Assembly: GCA_964548115.1 (NCBI GenBank)
Contig: CAZJPQ010000017.1
Location: 3,399 to 67,398 of the forward strand
DNA length: 64,000 bases
Source of the DNA: an uncultured Planctomycetaceae bacterium
GTDB lineage: Bacteria > Planctomycetota > UBA8742 > UBA2392 > JABWBM01
Reading direction: 5' to 3'
This document shows positions 60,136 through 64,000 of the stretch, one piece after another. The notes beneath the pieces are model-generated. The model did no database searches. It saw only the letters and a list, made by a program, of their open reading frames with translations, and had not been told where the DNA came from. Each line of letters begins with the position of its first letter. Within the stretch, counting starts at the first letter, position 1. The position numbers and the translations under genes were made by a program.

Positions 60136-60960
60136 TTGAACGAACAAAAGAAAGGGCCAAACTTGGATAGCACGCCTCCAAGTCATAGTGAAAACTTAAA
60201 CCCAAGTCTTGAAACGGGAAAAAAAGATAATCTTAAAAAACTTTTAAGTCTTGATGGTTTAAAGTCTGAACTTGTCACGACAATCTCCAGAGAGCTCAAA
60301 ACTTCTCTGGGGCTTGCTTCGGGTTATGTTACAATGCTTGAGGACATGAGTCTTGGCAAGCTCAACGAAGAACAAATTGAAGCTCTCGGCACTATTAAAA
60401 AGCAACTTTCTCGGATCTCCCAAAAGAATCAAAACCTTGCTCAAATTGCTCAACTAGCCTTATCACTTCCAAAAAGCTTAATTGAAGAGGTTGACCTTGG
60501 AAGGTTGCTTGAAGCAGAATACATCGGCTTCAAACAGGCCTGTCAACGCAAGCGCCTTAACATTCAGGTTGATATAGAACCTCGCCTTCCGGTCATTCTT
60601 GGACACCAGGACTTTATTGGAGATGTACTGCGACGTTTAATTGACAATGCCGTGCACTACACAGATTCTGGAGGAAATGTCCGAATTTCAATTCAAAACC
60701 GCCAAGAAGGAAAGTATGGAGCAGGGATCTATATTGAGATCAAAGACTCTGGCTGCGGTATTGATGAGCGTCTTGCGCCAACACTCTTTGACCGCTTTAG
60801 TGAGTTTCGTGATATTCAGCACCACAGCTCTGGGCGATCAGGCCTAGGGCTTGGTTTAGCAATCTGCCGCCATATTGTAGAACTCCATCAAGGTAAAATT
60901 TGGGTGAAAAGTAAAGTTAACCAGGGAAGTACCTTCTTTGTTTTCTTTCCAGTTCCTTGA
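60136..60960 (+). CDS. Sensor-less histidine kinase-like protein with the phospho-His replaced by Arg
   Basis: H-box reads 'ISRELKTSL'. N box 'LIDNAVHYT', G1 'DSGCGI', F box and G2 'GLGLGLAIC' are intact. Confidence 0.85.
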   Translation: MNEQKKGPNLDSTPPSHSENLNPSLETGKKDNLKKLLSLDGLKSELVTTISRELKTSLGLASGYVTMLEDMSLGKLNEEQIEALGTIKKQLSRISQKNQNLAQIAQLALSLPKSLIEEVDLGRLLEAEYIGFKQACQRKRLNIQVDIEPRLPVILGHQDFIGDVLRRLIDNAVHYTDSGGNVRISIQNRQEGKYGAGIYIEIKDSGCGIDERLAPTLFDRFSEFRDIQHHSSGRSGLGLGLAICRHIVELHQGKIWVKSKVNQGSTFFVFFPVP

Positions 60961-61037
60961 GACTTGAGCTTTGCTCTTCTTTAAAACACATGAGTACGGC
61001 CAAAAAACCGTCAAAATAATGGGAGCCATGATAAACA

Positions 61038-62246
61038 ATGAGTACAGCAAATAATCCTTCCAACACACGAGTTGTCATCACCCACGCCTTCCGAACACCT
61101 ATTGGCAAGTACTTAGGCGCTCTTAAAGATCTTTCTGCTCCAGAACTTGGGACTCAAATTGTACAAGGCCTCATTCAAAAATCAGGCCTTGCGCCGAATC
61201 TCGTTGACGAGCTCTTCTTTGGACACGGCAGACAGGCTGGCAGCGGGCCTAACCCTGCTCGACAAATTTCACTTCGGTCAGGCATTCCTGCTACAACACC
61301 AGCTTTCACAATTAACCAGGCCTGCGCTTCCGGTTTGAGGGCAATTATACTTGCAGCTCAATCAATCATGCTTGGACATAACTCTATCGCTATTGCCGGT
61401 GGAGTTGAATCCATGTCAAATATGCCATTCATGCTGCCTAAGATGCGCGAAGGCTTACGACTTGGTCATACGAAACTCATAGATGCCATGTACCAGGATG
61501 GTTTCAGTTGTCCTTTAGCAAATGAACTTATGGGAGAAACAGCCGAGCGCTTAGCTCAGCATTACGTACTCTCTCGGAAAGAACTAGACCAATACGCCCT
61601 GCGTTCTCAGCGACTTTGTCAACAGGCTAGAGAAGAGAACCGTTTCCAGGATGAAATTATCCCCATTACCCTTATGACTCGAAAAAAGGAAGAGCAGCTC
61701 TTTGCCACAGATGAACATCCTCGGGATAATCTTGTCCTTGAAAAACTAGCAAAACTTCCTCCAGTTTTTAACCAGGAAAAGGGCATGGTAACCGCTGGTA
61801 ATTCATCGGGGATTACCGATGGAGCAGCAGCCTTACTTCTCATGAGTGAAGCAGCGGCAATTGAACATGGCTTTGAGCCACTGGCAATTTTTGAAGCTTG
61901 GGCTCAAGCCGGAACTGATCCAAAAATAATGGGAATTGGGCCAGTGCCTGCTTGCAAAAAACTTGAAGCTTTAACTCAACGGGAAACAACAGACTACGAT
62001 CGAGTTGAACTCAACGAAGCTTTTGCCGCCCAGGTGTTAGCTTGCAACGAAGATCTTGGGATTGCTCAAGAGCGGCTCAATGTCAATGGCGGAGCAATTG
62101 CTCTTGGCCATCCCATCGGTTGCACTGGAGCTCGAATTGTAGTGAGTCTGCTCCACGATCTGCGTAAACAGAAGCTTCATAGTGGACTTGCAACGCTTTG
62201 TGTTTCCGGAGGCATGGGGGTCGCTGCCAGCTTTATACGCCCATAG
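61038..62246 (+). CDS. Acetyl-CoA C-acetyltransferase (thiolase)
   Basis: 'NQACASG', 'GGVESMS', 'NEAFA', '[11 protein letters not shown]', 'LCVSGGMG'. Confidence 0.95.
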   Translation: MSTANNPSNTRVVITHAFRTPIGKYLGALKDLSAPELGTQIVQGLIQKSGLAPNLVDELFFGHGRQAGSGPNPARQISLRSGIPATTPAFTINQACASGLRAIILAAQSIMLGHNSIAIAGGVESMSNMPFMLPKMREGLRLGHTKLIDAMYQDGFSCPLANELMGETAERLAQHYVLSRKELDQYALRSQRLCQQAREENRFQDEIIPITLMTRKKEEQLFATDEHPRDNLVLEKLAKLPPVFNQEKGMVTAGNSSGITDGAAALLLMSEAAAIEHGFEPLAIFEAWAQAGTDPKIMGIGPVPACKKLEALTQRETTDYDRVELNEAFAAQVLACNEDLGIAQERLNVNGGAIALGHPIGCTGARIVVSLLHDLRKQKLHSGLATLCVSGGMGVAASFIRP

Positions 62247-62344
62247 CTTTTAACGTAAATCAAAAAGTCCCAACAACCACAACCCCTTGGCGCCATCTTC
62301 TCAGGGTTATATTTCACAGTAATTGAGCAAACCTATAACTCCCC

Positions 62345-63244
62345 ATGGTTGATGAAACTTATATCGTTGTGCTGAACGATGATGATAAAGTAGCCTCTGC
62401 GCAGCTTTTTTCTCTCTTCCTCAATGCTGGACTCCAAAAAACTGATGCTCGCTACCTTGCACGCCATACGCGTGGGCTTATAAACTTTGACCTTTCAGAA
62501 GAGCAAGCTTCTCAGATAGCAGAAGAACTGAATCTTCAGAATATCAAAGCCTATGCTTTGCCTGAATCAGAGTATCCAACAATAATCCGCCCCAAGCTTC
62601 TTAGTCGTTTAGAAATTTCTGAGCAAGGATTGTGGTTTCCAACCATCGAGCTTGCCCTCAAGCAGACCGAGGTTGCTTGGGAAAGCATTACTTTTCTTGC
62701 GGTTGCTCTTCAATACTCCAACGACTTGGAACACCTTCCAGGCCAACAAAGAGAAGCAATTGAAAAGAAGAAAGAGGAGTTGCTTTTCTCAGAAACCAAA
62801 ATATTCCCACTTTACGAATACCTTTCAGGCATCATTGAGCCGAAAATAAATCCAATACGTTTGACAAAGCCTTCTCACCATAAAGAGCAAAGAATTTTTG
62901 GTTTCAAAAACAAGAAGTACCAGCGCTTTGCAATGAAGAAGAAAGAGCAAGAACGCTTTGTTACCCCACACGCAAACCTTGAAGCTTCTCTCTACTTTGG
63001 AGCTCATGGAGAACTTTATCAACTCTCTGGTTCGAAGGCTGTCTACAGTCAGGAGTCGCATCCGGTTCACTGGCTTTTAGCATTTCATCAGCTCGTTCAA
63101 AGCATCACAGCATATGCCCTCAGTGCCTATATTCCACAAGCCACAGAACGTTTTGTTCAAGGCAGCAACCAAGCTGACTATCTTTTCCAAAATGACTTTG
63201 AGCTTCGAAACTACCTGCACTGGCTTGTGGGACAAAAACTTTGA
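62345..63244 (+). CDS. Hypothetical protein
   Basis: 299-aa ORF with ATG start. The N-terminal ~75 aa loosely resemble an L7/L12-C/ClpS-like alpha/beta domain. Confidence 0.65.
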   Translation: MVDETYIVVLNDDDKVASAQLFSLFLNAGLQKTDARYLARHTRGLINFDLSEEQASQIAEELNLQNIKAYALPESEYPTIIRPKLLSRLEISEQGLWFPTIELALKQTEVAWESITFLAVALQYSNDLEHLPGQQREAIEKKKEELLFSETKIFPLYEYLSGIIEPKINPIRLTKPSHHKEQRIFGFKNKKYQRFAMKKKEQERFVTPHANLEASLYFGAHGELYQLSGSKAVYSQESHPVHWLLAFHQLVQSITAYALSAYIPQATERFVQGSNQADYLFQNDFELRNYLHWLVGQKL

Positions 63245-63265
63245 GAAATACAAAACCCTTTAAAC

Positions 63266-64000
63266 TCAAGACGAAAGCCCTGGGAAAAAGAGTCCTGCTT
63301 CAGGTGGCAAGCCAAGCATACAGTTGGCACATTCAATTGCTTTCATAGCACTTCCAAAGCCGAGGTTGTCAAGCGCAACACTGATACAAAGAGTATCGTC
63401 AAGAATTCGCAAAGAAAAATGACAGCGGTTGCTATGGAGCACATCTTTTAATTCCGGCGGGCTGTGCAGGAGAGAGACAAACGTAGCCCCCTGGTAATAT
63501 TCCTCATAAAGCGTATTAAGGGAACCTATGGTCAACGTTTTGCTGAGCTCAAGAAAAATGGTTGTGAAAAGTCCTCGTCTCAAACCTGAGAATTGTGGCG
63601 CAAGATAAATATTAAAAGCAGGCTCTGGACCACGCCCAAGCCAATAGTTTAACTCAAGAGCCTGGGGGTGTTCTAAAAGCTGAAAATGCGAAATATTGGA
63701 TCCTTGATGATTATCCGCAAAGCCGCTGATGTCTCTTCCAAGTTCACTTGTACCAATAGTTCCGACACTAAAGATACTATTCTGTAAGAGATCAACGCTT
63801 GCAATCGGCTCTAAAGCCGTAATAATTGCTGCGGCAAAAGAACCGGGAACAGCAACACATGAAGCCTCTGCAATATCTTGAACCCTGCGATGAGTTAAAC
63901 CATATGCAAAATCATCAAGCATCTCAGGAGCAGGGTGCCGCTCCTTATAAAGCCGGGCAAAGAATTCAGTATCGCAAGGACGAAAAAGAGCAGAACAATC
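63266..64000 (-). CDS. argC: ArgC-like (N-acetyl-gamma-glutamyl-phosphate reductase) protein, 5'-truncated by the window edge, catalytic Cys replaced
   Basis: The frame stays open to the window end ('DCSALFRPCD...HPAPEML'). Also 'AYGL', 'VAVPGSF' (canonical NPGCY), 'HSNRCH', 'LDNLGFGSA' and 'NCMLGLP'. Confidence 0.75.
   Translation of the reverse strand, partial: DCSALFRPCDTEFFARLYKERHPAPEMLDDFAYGLTHRRVQDIAEASCVAVPGSFAAAIITALEPIASVDLLQNSIFSVGTIGTSELGRDISGFADNHQGSNISHFQLLEHPQALELNYWLGRGPEPAFNIYLAPQFSGLRRGLFTTIFLELSKTLTIGSLNTLYEEYYQGATFVSLLHSPPELKDVLHSNRCHFSLRILDDTLCISVALDNLGFGSAMKAIECANCMLGLPPEAGLFFPGLSS

Overview
This is a 64-kb chromosomal window from a moderately AT-rich bacterium. It is probably a Planctomycetota lineage, inferred from the coiled-coil/BRCT-like gene pair beside polA-coaE-rho, the NPCBM and carboxypeptidase-regulatory-repeat proteins, and the Hanks kinase. 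Most of the window is housekeeping: aas-type lipid acyltransferase, purM, tRNA-Ala(CGC), class Ia nrdAB with NrdR boxes, ruvB, polA, coaE, rho, mfd, surA-like, comM/yifB, ctpA-like and thiolase. I found no CRISPR array, rRNA, integrase or transposase. Five things stand out. (1) An orphan, degenerate phage major-capsid-like (HK97-fold) gene with no other phage genes, preceded by three phased 13-bp repeats. (2) A tRNA-adjacent minus-strand locus with a long unexplained hairpin RNA, a pseudo-receiver and a RecA paralog that naturally carries the E96D substitution. (3) An unusual density of intact-ORF pseudoenzymes: a rhomboid without Ser/His, CobT without Glu, a histidine kinase with His->Arg, and ArgC with Cys->Ser. 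(4) A 37-bp duplicated tRNA 3' end enclosing a structured mini-element. (5) A cryptic frameshifted repeat gene after ruvB. All family calls come from motif recognition by eye; no database searches were run.
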